From: Opitutia bacterium KCR 482
GTDB taxonomy: Bacteria; Verrucomicrobiota; Verrucomicrobiia; Opitutales; Intestinicryptomonadaceae
Direction of reading: 5' to 3'
DNA length: 32,000 nucleotides
NCBI GenBank assembly: GCA_029269845.2
Contig: CP149973.1
Coordinates: forward strand, 2,190,001-2,222,000
Below the pieces are notes generated by a model. The model saw only the letters and a list, made by a program, of their open reading frames with translations, searched no databases and had not been told where the DNA came from. The first letter of the stretch is position 1. Each line of letters opens with the position of its first letter. The translations under genes and the position numbers were made by a program. Shown in pieces: positions 1-7,432 of the stretch.

Positions 1-1039
1 GTTTCGGCGAGCCGCGCGGCACAAAGTAGGGCGCGCCGTAGTTGTAGTCGTATATGCCGAGCCTGCCGATCCCCGACTTCGCCCATTTTTCGAGCAGCTT
101 CAAGTCCTTTTTTCTCTCGGTTTCGTCGAAGTTGTTCTGCCTGTCGGCGCAGAGGAAAACTGCGGCGTTCGGCGACATTTTGAAGTCGGGCGGGTTCTCA
201 GTGTAGAGGTAGGCGATTTCCGCGACGAGCCTGTCGGGATACCGCGCCGACACAGCGTTCGCGACGGCGTTTGTGAACGCGAACACCGCGTTTCCGTAGT
301 CGGCGTATCCGTGCGGAGTGGTAGGGCGGCGCAGAAGCGCAGTCGGGGGCGTGTCGTCGAAGTTCGGCGCGTCGGCGTAGGAGACGCTGAACATTTTGCG
401 GTCGGGGTGTTTTTCGAAAAATTCGCGGGTTTTGTCGGCGGCGAACTTTCTGACATCGACGTTTAGAAAGTCTATTTGCGGCTGTTTCGTTTCCGCGAAC
501 GATATTCTTTTGCCGCGCCGCATTGCGAGCCAGTCGGGGTGTTCCGCCGCGACGGTAGCGTTTACAATGCGCGTAAGCGAGTGCGCCGAAAGCGCGTAGG
601 TGTCGTTCTTGCCGTTTGCCGCCGCAAAGAATTTCGACGCGTCGTCGTACTGAGGAAAAAACCTGCCCGAATACGAAAATTTTTTCGACGCCTTTCCCGC
701 GGCAAACTTTGCCGAGCCGTCGCGGACAATTCCGAGCGGCGGCGGCGCGAGGATTCGGACTCCCAAAAACTTTTCCGCAAATTCGCCGACGGCGGATTCT
801 GCGTCGTCGGGGTTTGCGTAGTTTATTTCGGCGGAGCGTCCGCCCGCGCGGAGTTCGACGGAATCATCGGCAATGTCCGCATGCGAGATCGTTATTTTGT
901 AGTTCGGCGGAAATTCGACCGCGCTTTCGGCAAGCAGGGTTTCGAGCATTTCGGCGGCGCGTTTTTCCGCGACAGTCGCCGCGCCCGCCGCGCAGGCGAG
1001 CGAAAGTGCGGAAGCCAGAACTGTCGGAAAAATGCGCAT
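1..1039 (-). CDS. Secreted DUF4838-like protein (glycan-utilisation associated); C-terminus cut by the window edge
   Basis: The minus-strand frame is open from the ATG (plus-strand cat at 1037-1039) to position 1. It is missing from the ORF track because it runs off the edge. My hand translation starts MRIFPTVLASALSLACAAGAATVAEK (signal peptide). It continues ...FSVSYADAPNFDDTP...VSARYPDRLVAEIAYLYTENPPDF...LGIYDYNYGAPYFVPRGSPK. I checked the frame for stops at both ends and mid-gene. The DUF4838 resemblance is from memory of the family, not a search. Confidence 0.7.
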   Translation of the reverse strand, partial: MRIFPTVLASALSLACAAGAATVAEKRAAEMLETLLAESAVEFPPNYKITISHADIADDSVELRAGGRSAEINYANPDDAESAVGEFAEKFLGVRILAPPPLGIVRDGSAKFAAGKASKKFSYSGRFFPQYDDASKFFAAANGKNDTYALSAHSLTRIVNATVAAEHPDWLAMRRGKRISFAETKQPQIDFLNVDVRKFAADKTREFFEKHPDRKMFSVSYADAPNFDDTPPTALLRRPTTPHGYADYGNAVFAFTNAVANAVSARYPDRLVAEIAYLYTENPPDFKMSPNAAVFLCADRQNNFDETERKKDLKLLEKWAKSGIGRLGIYDYNYGAPYFVPRGSPK

Positions 1040-1153
1040 GTCGGGGGATAATGGTGGAGGTCGGGCGCGGATTTGTCAAACACAAGCCGCCGTTTTTCCA
1101 AAAGTATCCAAAGTATTTTTGACTAAAATTCGGGAGCGGATAAAATCGCGCAC

Positions 1154-3196
1154 ATGAATGCAACAACGCAGATTAAAAATACCGTAAAGATATGCGCCGA
1201 CTCAAAGCGTTTCGACTCCCCGACGGATTCCGAAACGGGGTCGGCTGTAAAATTCAGACAGTTCGACGCCGTCCAGTTTTGCGTAGTTTTCAGGACGAAC
1301 GGCGCGCTTGCCGACCTCTCGAACGCCGCGTATGCCGAGCTTGAAATCTCCGACATCGGCGCGTTGAACCGCCCCGAACCGCGCACCGCAAGCGTCCTTG
1401 TCCGCAAGCGCGTATCCGCGCTGGAAACGTCGCTCGACGAATCCGCCGTCGCGTCGGGAAGCTGCCACGCGACTTTCGAATTGGACAAGTCCGACACGAA
1501 AATCGACGCGGGCGAAAAGTGGCTGCGCATCTACGCGGTCGATTCAGACGGCTCGCGCACGTCGTTTGCAAACGGCTGGATTTTCGTAGAACCGACATAC
1601 GGTGAGGATTCAAATTTGGCGACGCCCGACGACCTGAAATACTTGGTGTCGGCGCGCGACTACGCCGAAGTTTCGGAGGGCTACGCAAACGGCGGCGGCG
1701 CGGGGCTTTCCGAAACATCGCCCTATTATAAAAACAACTCGAAGTATTTTTCCGAACAGGCGAAAGCGCATACGGAGTCTTCTTCCGCGTACGCCGCGCA
1801 GGCGGAAAGCTCCGCGCAGTCCGCAGAGGCGTCGGCGGGAATTGCGGGCGGCTACGCTTCGAACGCGGCGGATTCCGCGGCGTTTGCTTCCGTTCAGGCG
1901 GAAAGCGCGTCGGCTTCGGCAAGTTCGGCGCAGTCTGCAAAGGCGGAGGCGGAATCGGCAAAGACAGCCGCCCAGCTTGCCGCGGCAAGCGCATCTTCTT
2001 CGGACGCGGGGCGTCTTGCGCTCACAAAGTCCGACAGCGGCACATTGTACTTTTCGGGCGGCTCGGCTTCGGCGACTCCCAACCTTGCGTTCGATACGAT
2101 TTCCGTGCTCTTCAAAACCGACTTCGACTTCTCCGTCCCGCAGCTCGACCCCGTTTTCTTCCCGTTCTATGTAGGCAAGACAACGCTCGGCAAATTTATT
2201 AACGTCCAGTACGGCAACAACAACTCCCTTCGCGCAATGATTAACGGCGTAAACGCGGGGATTTTCAACCGCTCGGATATCGCCGCTCTCGTCGGCGACG
2301 GACTCAATGCGTTCGCGTTCGTCTTCAAAAAACTCGCAGACGGCAACATTCAGGTGTCGCTTTTTGTCAATGGTGTCGCAGTGCAAAACCGGGCGACCGC
2401 AACGGCGGAGTATCCGACCCTTGAAAGCTTCATCTCGATAAACAAATGGGGCTCGTCGCTCGTCTACGCGGGAACGGTTCGCTATTCCGACTTCTGCATT
2501 TTAAACTTCGATGTTTCTGCCGCCGACGCCCCGTACTCACTCGCAGAGTACCAAAAAGGCAAGCGTCTTCCGCCGTTTTTGAGCGGCGGTGTCTACATCA
2601 AAAGCAATCCCGACGTGGTGGCGCAAGCGACGCCCTCGGCAGGCAACCTCGGGCAGACAACGCAGGGCACGCTTGCAAAGTCCGACGACGGCTACACGCT
2701 CACGCTCACGTCCGCCTCAACCCGTCGCTTTTGGTTTAAGTTCGACAAAAAGTATCCGGCAGGCACTTGGTTTAGAGTGCGCAGAGGTGCGCTCACATGG
2801 GACGACATGGAGACCACAGGCAGCCGCATTTCGCAGACGTCGCTCAACGTTGGCACATCGACAACATCGCCGTACACGACGCCCGTTAACGACCTGCCGA
2901 CAAGCGAAGCGGTGGACGTAGTTTTTCAAACGCCCGTCGATGCCGACATGGTGGGCTTCCCGACTTGGAACGGCGCGGACGTGCCGACTGCCACGATTTC
3001 GATTCCGTATTTCGAATTCGAAGTACTCGGCTCAACAACCGCCCTTGAAAACTACACGTTCGACGGGAAAATCCGCGACGCTTCGGGCAACGAAAGCCAC
3101 GCGACAATAAGCGGCTCTGTTGCGGGAGACATAGACAATTCGGTAAATCAAATATATTCGGCATTCTCCGCAAAATACACTCAGGAGAACGCGTAA
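1154..3196 (+). CDS. Phage tail-fibre-like protein: N-terminal Ig-like (BppU-N-like?) region, Ala/Ser-rich shaft, LamG/concanavalin-like jelly roll, beta-rich C-terminal domain
   Basis: 680-aa ORF with an ATG start and GGAG about 20 nt upstream. There is no signal peptide. Residues ~195-290 read SEQAKAHTESSSAYAAQAESSAQSAEASAGIAGGYASNAADSAAFASVQAESASASASSAQSAKAEAESAKTAAQLAAASASS, the SA/AE periodic motif typical of phage tail-fibre shafts. The next segment (..FVFKKLADGNIQVSLFVNGVAV..YAGTVRYSDFCILN) looks LamG-like. Domain calls are from memory of signatures. Confidence 0.65.
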   Translation: MNATTQIKNTVKICADSKRFDSPTDSETGSAVKFRQFDAVQFCVVFRTNGALADLSNAAYAELEISDIGALNRPEPRTASVLVRKRVSALETSLDESAVASGSCHATFELDKSDTKIDAGEKWLRIYAVDSDGSRTSFANGWIFVEPTYGEDSNLATPDDLKYLVSARDYAEVSEGYANGGGAGLSETSPYYKNNSKYFSEQAKAHTESSSAYAAQAESSAQSAEASAGIAGGYASNAADSAAFASVQAESASASASSAQSAKAEAESAKTAAQLAAASASSSDAGRLALTKSDSGTLYFSGGSASATPNLAFDTISVLFKTDFDFSVPQLDPVFFPFYVGKTTLGKFINVQYGNNNSLRAMINGVNAGIFNRSDIAALVGDGLNAFAFVFKKLADGNIQVSLFVNGVAVQNRATATAEYPTLESFISINKWGSSLVYAGTVRYSDFCILNFDVSAADAPYSLAEYQKGKRLPPFLSGGVYIKSNPDVVAQATPSAGNLGQTTQGTLAKSDDGYTLTLTSASTRRFWFKFDKKYPAGTWFRVRRGALTWDDMETTGSRISQTSLNVGTSTTSPYTTPVNDLPTSEAVDVVFQTPVDADMVGFPTWNGADVPTATISIPYFEFEVLGSTTALENYTFDGKIRDASGNESHATISGSVAGDIDNSVNQIYSAFSAKYTQENA

Positions 3197-3211
3197 ATCA
3201 AAAATTCACCT

Positions 3212-3577
3212 ATGAAAATAAACCTACAAACAAACATCAACGGGGCTTCGCAGACGGTCGAAGCCGAAATCAGGGGCGTGAACGTGTACATCGAAACCGC
3301 GTTCGGGCGCAGTGTAATTCAGCTGAGGGAGAAGTCGGAGCTTGCGGCGATAGAGCCGTACGCCGAGACGATTCAGGCGATGGCGGACGCGTATGCCGCG
3401 CTTAAAAATCCGCAGGCAACGGAAGAAGCGGGCGGAGAAAGTTCGGGCGAATCGGAAAGCGGCGCTTCAACCGCAGACGGCGAAGCTTCGGGCAATGCCA
3501 CCGCAAACGGCAGTATGGAAACGCGCGGCGCGGAGTCGTCCGAAACATCTTCCAATGCGTGTTCGAAAGGCGAATAA
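3212..3577 (+). CDS. Hypothetical protein with a folded N-terminal ~65 aa and an acidic Gly/Ser/Glu-rich disordered tail; possible tail-fibre accessory protein
   Basis: 121-aa ORF starting 15 nt after the previous stop and co-directional with it. Its composition is protein-like (MKINLQTNINGASQTVEAEIRGVNVYIETAFGRSVIQLREK...). I recognise no family. Confidence 0.55.
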   Translation: MKINLQTNINGASQTVEAEIRGVNVYIETAFGRSVIQLREKSELAAIEPYAETIQAMADAYAALKNPQATEEAGGESSGESESGASTADGEASGNATANGSMETRGAESSETSSNACSKGE

Positions 3578-4021
3578 ATGGACGGGCTTGAAATACTCGG
3601 CGCAACGGGCGCGGGCGCGGTTGTCGGCGGCGTTCTCACATGGATTACCGCCCTCCGCAAGGAATCGCACGAGCGGCAGCTTGCCGTAATCGACAAGTTG
3701 CGCGACGCCGCCCGCGACGCCGACGACAGCGCGGACAAGGCGGCGGCCCGCGACTGCTCCTGTGTGGGGCAGCGGGTTCGGCAGTTCATCATAGCGGCGT
3801 TGATTTTCAGCTTCGTTGTCGCGCCGTTCATTTTTGCGTGGACAAACATTCCCATCGCCGTCGAGCGCACGGAGGAGTGGGGCGGCTACCTTTGGGGAAT
3901 TGTCCCCGAATACACGCGGCAGGTGATAGACTACGCCGCGGGCTTCTACATTCCCGCCGAATTCAAAGTGGCGTTTATGGCGATTGTCGGCTTCTACTTC
4001 GGCAGGAGTGCGGCGCGTTGA
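3578..4021 (+). CDS. Small 3-TM membrane protein, holin-like
   Basis: The ATG directly abuts the TAA of the upstream ORF (gaaTAAATGgac). Hydrophobic segments are LEILGATGAGAVVGGVLTWITAL, FIIAALIFSFVVAPFIFAW and AFMAIVGFYFG. The first two are separated by a highly charged helix (RKESHERQLAVIDKLRDAARDADDSADKAAARD). The holin call rests on topology and context only. Confidence 0.6.
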   Translation: MDGLEILGATGAGAVVGGVLTWITALRKESHERQLAVIDKLRDAARDADDSADKAAARDCSCVGQRVRQFIIAALIFSFVVAPFIFAWTNIPIAVERTEEWGGYLWGIVPEYTRQVIDYAAGFYIPAEFKVAFMAIVGFYFGRSAAR

Positions 4022-4212
4022 ATATCCGCGCGGTCGAATCTCCGACCGTTTCCCGCCGCCGCGCCGCAACGGATTTTGCGGGCGCGGCGGAGGACGCCGA
4101 CATTTCGAGACGCTCGGATTTTTGCGCGCGTTTACAAAAATGCGCTTGACTTGCCCACACAATTTTAGATGATTCAATACGATTTTACCGACGAAAAGTC
4201 GGCGGACAATAT

Positions 4213-4296
4213 GCCTAGATGGCGGAATCGGCAGACGCAGCGGACTCAAAATCCGCCGGTAGCAATACCGTGAGGGTTCGACCCCCTCTCTAGGTA
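4213..4296 (+). tRNA. tRNA-Leu (anticodon CAA), class II with long variable arm; CCA not encoded
   Basis: Hand-folded cloverleaf. Acceptor stem is gcctaga/tctaggt, with G1-U72 as a wobble pair, and U8 is present. The D arm is gcgg-aatcggcaga-cgc and the anticodon stem is gcgga/tccgc with loop ctCAAaa. The variable arm is cggta-gcaa-taccg and the T arm is gaggg-ttcgacc-ccctc. The discriminator is A. Confidence 0.88.
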
Positions 4297-4307
4297 CTTT
4301 TCCACAA

Positions 4308-4337
4308 CCCGCGAAACACTGTTTCGCGGGTTTTTTT
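4308..4337 (+). terminator. Rho-independent terminator after tRNA-Leu(CAA)
   Basis: Perfect 10-bp stem cccgcgaaac/gtttcgcggg (4308-4317 and 4321-4330) with a 3-nt loop, followed by T7 (4331-4337). Confidence 0.85.
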
Positions 4338-4493
4338 GTGCCAATCGTTATTTGGAAATATTTGGGCTTGCAAGATGGCGTTTAAGAAACAGGTCGCCGC
4401 GTGGGTTGCGCTTGTGCGCAATGGGCTAATTGGTGGGTGGGCGCATTCGGCGGCACTTGTGTGATAAAACGCAAAACGCGCGGAGGGGGTCAA

Positions 4494-4526
4494 CAGAAAA
4501 GACCGCAAGTTGTTTAACTTGCGGTC
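4494..4526 (-). terminator. Rho-independent terminator after tRNA-Phe
   Basis: 11-bp stem gaccgcaagtt/aacttgcggtc (4501-4511 and 4516-4526) with a 4-nt loop. It begins 7 nt past the tRNA 3' end on the minus strand and is followed there by TTTTC. Confidence 0.75.
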
Positions 4527-4533
4527 CTTAAAG

Positions 4534-4609
4534 TGGTGGCCAGACCAGGAATCGAACCAGGGACACAAGGATTTTCAGTCCTCCGCTCTACCATCTGAGC
4601 TATCTGGCC
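4534..4609 (-). tRNA. tRNA-Phe (anticodon GAA), 76 nt, CCA encoded
   Basis: The reverse complement reads ggccagatagctcagatggtagagcggaggactGAAaatccttgtgtccctggttcgattcctggtctggccacca. This gives a standard cloverleaf. The T stem cctgg/cctgg carries one U-U mismatch at 51:63. Confidence 0.9.
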
Positions 4610-4750
4610 TTCGAAAATTTTGAAGTTCTCATAAGACCCGATTTTCTCTGTTTCGTCAAGCTCTTTTTCAAACTTTTTTGCTTTTTTTATTTGTTGATTG
4701 TTGCCGCCTTTTCCTTTTTAATTCCCCGCAATCCTCAATAAACTTGTTAT

Positions 4751-5389
4751 ATGAAATACTTATTTGCATTACTGATGTCAGTTTCGTTCGCGCTTCACGC
4801 CGCAAATTTGAAAACGGTTGAACTCTTTAACGGCAAAAATCTCGACGGCTGGACTCCGTTTGTCGCCGACGGCTCGAATCCCGCCGCCGTCTTCTCCGCG
4901 GACAACGGCATCATTTGCGTCAAGGGCAAGCCTTTCGGCTATCTCCGCACCGACAAAAAATATTCCGATTTCAGGTTGCACGTCGAATGGAAGTATCCGA
5001 CCGAAACCGTCAACAGCGGAATTTTCCTTTTCGTTCAGTCGCCCGACAAAATTTGGCCGAACGCCGTCGAATGCCAGCTCATGAAGGGGCGCGTGGGCGA
5101 TTTTGTTTTGCTCGGAGGTTCCGACGTCGCCGAGTTCGAAATTCCCGCGGGCAAGCAGCGTCCGCAATTCCCCGTCGTCAAACGCTACGGCGAGTCTAAC
5201 GAGAACCCTGCGGGCGAATGGAACAATGCCGATATCATTTGCATTGACGGCACGATTACGGTTTTCATAAACGGCACGCTCCAAAACAGGGCGACGAAAG
5301 CGGCGAACAAATCGGGCTACATTGCCTTGCAGTCGGAGGGCGGGGAAATCCATTTCCGCAACGTAAGGCTGACGCCGCTTCAAAACTAA
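4751..5389 (+). CDS. Secreted DUF1080 (3-keto-disaccharide hydrolase-like) family protein
   Basis: 212 aa. The signal peptide is MKYLFALLMSVSFALHAA. The protein shows the family-typical pattern LFNGKNLDGWTPF...GYLRTDKKYSDFRLHVEWKY...NSGIFL...ECQL...GYIALQSEGGEIHFRNVRL. Confidence 0.85.
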   Translation: MKYLFALLMSVSFALHAANLKTVELFNGKNLDGWTPFVADGSNPAAVFSADNGIICVKGKPFGYLRTDKKYSDFRLHVEWKYPTETVNSGIFLFVQSPDKIWPNAVECQLMKGRVGDFVLLGGSDVAEFEIPAGKQRPQFPVVKRYGESNENPAGEWNNADIICIDGTITVFINGTLQNRATKAANKSGYIALQSEGGEIHFRNVRLTPLQN

Positions 5390-5403
5390 GCTGGGTTTTT
5401 CCG

Positions 5404-5433
5404 AACGCCGCGTATTTTGCGCGGCGTTTTTTT
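5404..5433 (+). terminator. Rho-independent terminator after the DUF1080 gene
   Basis: Stem aacgccgcg/cgcggcgtt (5404-5412 and 5420-5428) with loop tattttg, followed by a T-run to 5433. Confidence 0.8.
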
Positions 5434-5497
5434 GTGTCCGCGTTCTGGCTTTTTTGTTGCGGCGCAGGCGGGACGCGCTAAGATGCGGATTTTATTT

Positions 5498-7411
5498 ATG
5501 AGTTTGATTTCGCTAAGCAACGTCTCACTGAAATTCGGCGTCAAGGTGCTCCTCGACGGCGCGGATTTAAACATTCTCGAAGGCGATTCCGTCGCGCTTG
5601 TCGGCCGCAACGGCACGGGGAAAACGTCGCTGTTGAAGCTTGTGGCGGGGCTGAACGTTCCAGATTCGGGGCGGGTTGAGCGGCTGAAAACCGTCAAGAC
5701 CGCGTACCTGCCGCAGGACGTTCCCGTGGATTTGCGCGGCTCGGCGTACGACGTTGCGGCGGAGGGTTTGGGGGAGGTCGGCTTGAAGCTTTCGCGCTAC
5801 CGCAGGCTGCTTGCGGAGATCGAGGCGGGGGCGGCGCACACCGACGAATTCGACGCGCTTTCCCTTGAACTAGACGCTCTCGACGCGTGGAGTGTAGACT
5901 CCAAAATACGCGCGGTTCTCGAACGGCTCGAAATCTCCCCCGAACTCGACGTAGCGTCGGCTTCGGCGGGATTGAAACGCCGCGCCCTGCTCGGACGCGG
6001 ACTTGTGTCCGACCCAGACATTCTGCTTCTCGACGAGCCGACAAACCACCTCGACATCGACTCGGTTTTGTGGCTCGAAAAATTCCTGAAATCGTGCGGA
6101 AAGACGCTTGTGTTCGTGTCGCACGACAGGGCGTTTTTGCGGAATCTTGCAAACCGCGTTGTGGAGGTCGACCGCGGCAAACTCATCGCCTTCGACTGCG
6201 GCTTCGACGAATTTGTGCGCCGTCGCGACGAGCTTCTTGCCGCCCGCGAGCGCAACGAGGCGGTCTTCGACAAAAAGCTCGCGCAGGAGGAGGCGTGGCT
6301 TCGCAGGGGCGTCAAGGCGCGGCGCACGCGCAACGAGGGCAGGGTGCGCGAGCTTATGCGCCTGCGCGAAATCCGCCGCGCCCGCCGCGAGAAAATCGGC
6401 GACGTAAACCTGCGCGTGCAGGAGGCAGCCGCGGGCGGTCAGAAGGTGCTGGACGTAAAGAACGTTTCGTTTTCGTACGGCGGCTCTCCGATTGTGAATA
6501 ACTTTTCGACGACCGTTTTTCGCGGCGACAAAATCGGGATAATCGGGCGCAACGGCATAGGCAAAACGACGCTGCTTAATATTCTGCTCGGCACGCTCAA
6601 ACCCGATTCGGGCGAAGTCGTCAACGGCACGTCTTTGCAGGTGGCGTACTTCGACCAGCTCCGCAACGGGCTTGACGACGGCATGCGGTTGTGCGATTTC
6701 GTCGGCGGCGGTTCGGACTTCGTAACGGTCAACGGCGCGAAGCAGAACGTCATGGGCTACCTGCAAAATTTTCTCTTCGAGCCGTCGCAGATTTTGAGCG
6801 ACATCGGCACGCTTTCGGGCGGCGAAAAAAACAGGCTCATGCTCGCAAAGATGTTCGCGACCCCCGCCAACGTGCTCGTTCTCGACGAGCCTACGAACGA
6901 CCTCGACATGCAGACAATCGAGATTCTCGAAAGCGCGCTCGTGAACTTCGACGGCACGATTCTGCTTGTCTCCCACGACCGCGAATTTTTGAACGACATC
7001 GTAAGCGGCGTTTTCTGCTTCGGCGAGGACGGCTCGGTTTCGGAGCTTGTCGGCGGCTACGACGAGTGGGAAAAATTCAGGGCGTCGCAGGCGGCGTCGA
7101 AACGCGCGGCGAAGACCGAAAAGCCCGCGCTTTCCGAAAAATCCGCCGCTCCCGCTCCGAAACGCCGCGACAAATTCACGAACAGGGAGCGCGAGGAGCT
7201 GGAGACAATCCCCGCGAAAATAGAGGCGTTGGAGGCGGAACGCGCCGAGCTTGCCGCAAAGCTCGAAGACCAGAATTTTGTGGTGTCGAATTTCGACAAG
7301 CTCGAAGCAATCAACGCCCGCATGCAGGAAATCGACGCCGAAGACGAACGCCTGATGACCCGCTGGGCTGAGCTTGAAGAGCGGCGCAGCGAAATGAAAA
7401 GCGGCAAATGA
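5498..7411 (+). CDS. uup: ABC-F family ATPase, Uup-like (two ABC cassettes plus C-terminal coiled coil)
   Basis: The N-terminus MSLISLSNVSLKFG resembles the E. coli Uup start. Walker A motifs are GRNGTGKTS and GRNGIGKTT. The signature is LSGGEKNRL. The Walker B motifs are LLLDEPTNHLD and LVLDEPTNDLD. The C-terminus is a charged coiled coil (REREELETIPAKIEALEAERAELAAKLED...). Alternative upstream starts are 5483 (ATG) and 5417. Confidence 0.9.
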   Translation: MSLISLSNVSLKFGVKVLLDGADLNILEGDSVALVGRNGTGKTSLLKLVAGLNVPDSGRVERLKTVKTAYLPQDVPVDLRGSAYDVAAEGLGEVGLKLSRYRRLLAEIEAGAAHTDEFDALSLELDALDAWSVDSKIRAVLERLEISPELDVASASAGLKRRALLGRGLVSDPDILLLDEPTNHLDIDSVLWLEKFLKSCGKTLVFVSHDRAFLRNLANRVVEVDRGKLIAFDCGFDEFVRRRDELLAARERNEAVFDKKLAQEEAWLRRGVKARRTRNEGRVRELMRLREIRRARREKIGDVNLRVQEAAAGGQKVLDVKNVSFSYGGSPIVNNFSTTVFRGDKIGIIGRNGIGKTTLLNILLGTLKPDSGEVVNGTSLQVAYFDQLRNGLDDGMRLCDFVGGGSDFVTVNGAKQNVMGYLQNFLFEPSQILSDIGTLSGGEKNRLMLAKMFATPANVLVLDEPTNDLDMQTIEILESALVNFDGTILLVSHDREFLNDIVSGVFCFGEDGSVSELVGGYDEWEKFRASQAASKRAAKTEKPALSEKSAAPAPKRRDKFTNREREELETIPAKIEALEAERAELAAKLEDQNFVVSNFDKLEAINARMQEIDAEDERLMTRWAELEERRSEMKSGK

Positions 7412-7432
7412 AGATTCCTATTCCGAAATTTT

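Noticed and set aside
4146-4174. Possible promoter for tRNA-Leu(CAA): TTGACT (4146-4151) with downstream TAGATG/ATGATT.
   Set aside because: The -35 box is good, but no hexamer at 16-18 nt spacing resembles TATAAT. This is not enough evidence to list it as a feature.
4213-4296. tRNA-Leu(CAA) as the integration site (attB) of a prophage represented by the tail-fibre/holin trio.
   Set aside because: The phage-like genes lie on the 5' side of the tRNA, whereas integrases target the 3' end. No integrase is present. I found no convincing direct repeat of the tRNA 3' half near 1040-1153 or elsewhere. Only a 9-nt match was found.
4290-4568. 92-aa minus-strand ORF spanning the tRNA-Leu/tRNA-Phe interval. 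Similar ORFs (30107-30361, 30216-30443, 30413-30685) lie over the Ala/Gln/Leu tRNA cluster.
   Set aside because: They overlap cloverleaf-validated tRNA genes and terminator hairpins. They show no protein-like features.
5870-6976. Long antisense ORFs opposite well-recognised genes. Examples are 5870-6976(-) versus uup, 8986-10356(+) and 7642-8829(+) versus GH paralog A, and 10502-11560(+) versus paralog B. Others are 15939-17054(+) versus the class-V aminotransferase, 19270-20304(+) versus ftsK, and 23607-24929(-) versus lpxA. Also 25649-26623(-) versus the class-I aminotransferase and 26942-28315(-) versus der.
   Set aside because: Their translations are Arg/Gly/Val/Ala-rich with no recognisable motifs, as is typical of GC-rich antisense frames. 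Each fully overlaps a gene with strong family signatures on the other strand.
7409-7411. TGA readthrough or recoding that would extend Uup into the in-frame downstream ORF.
   Set aside because: der, fmt and lpxA in this window all terminate at TGA, at positions consistent with full-length homologues. TGA is therefore an ordinary stop here. There is a one-in-three chance of sharing the frame, and Uup is already full-length with its coiled-coil C-terminus.
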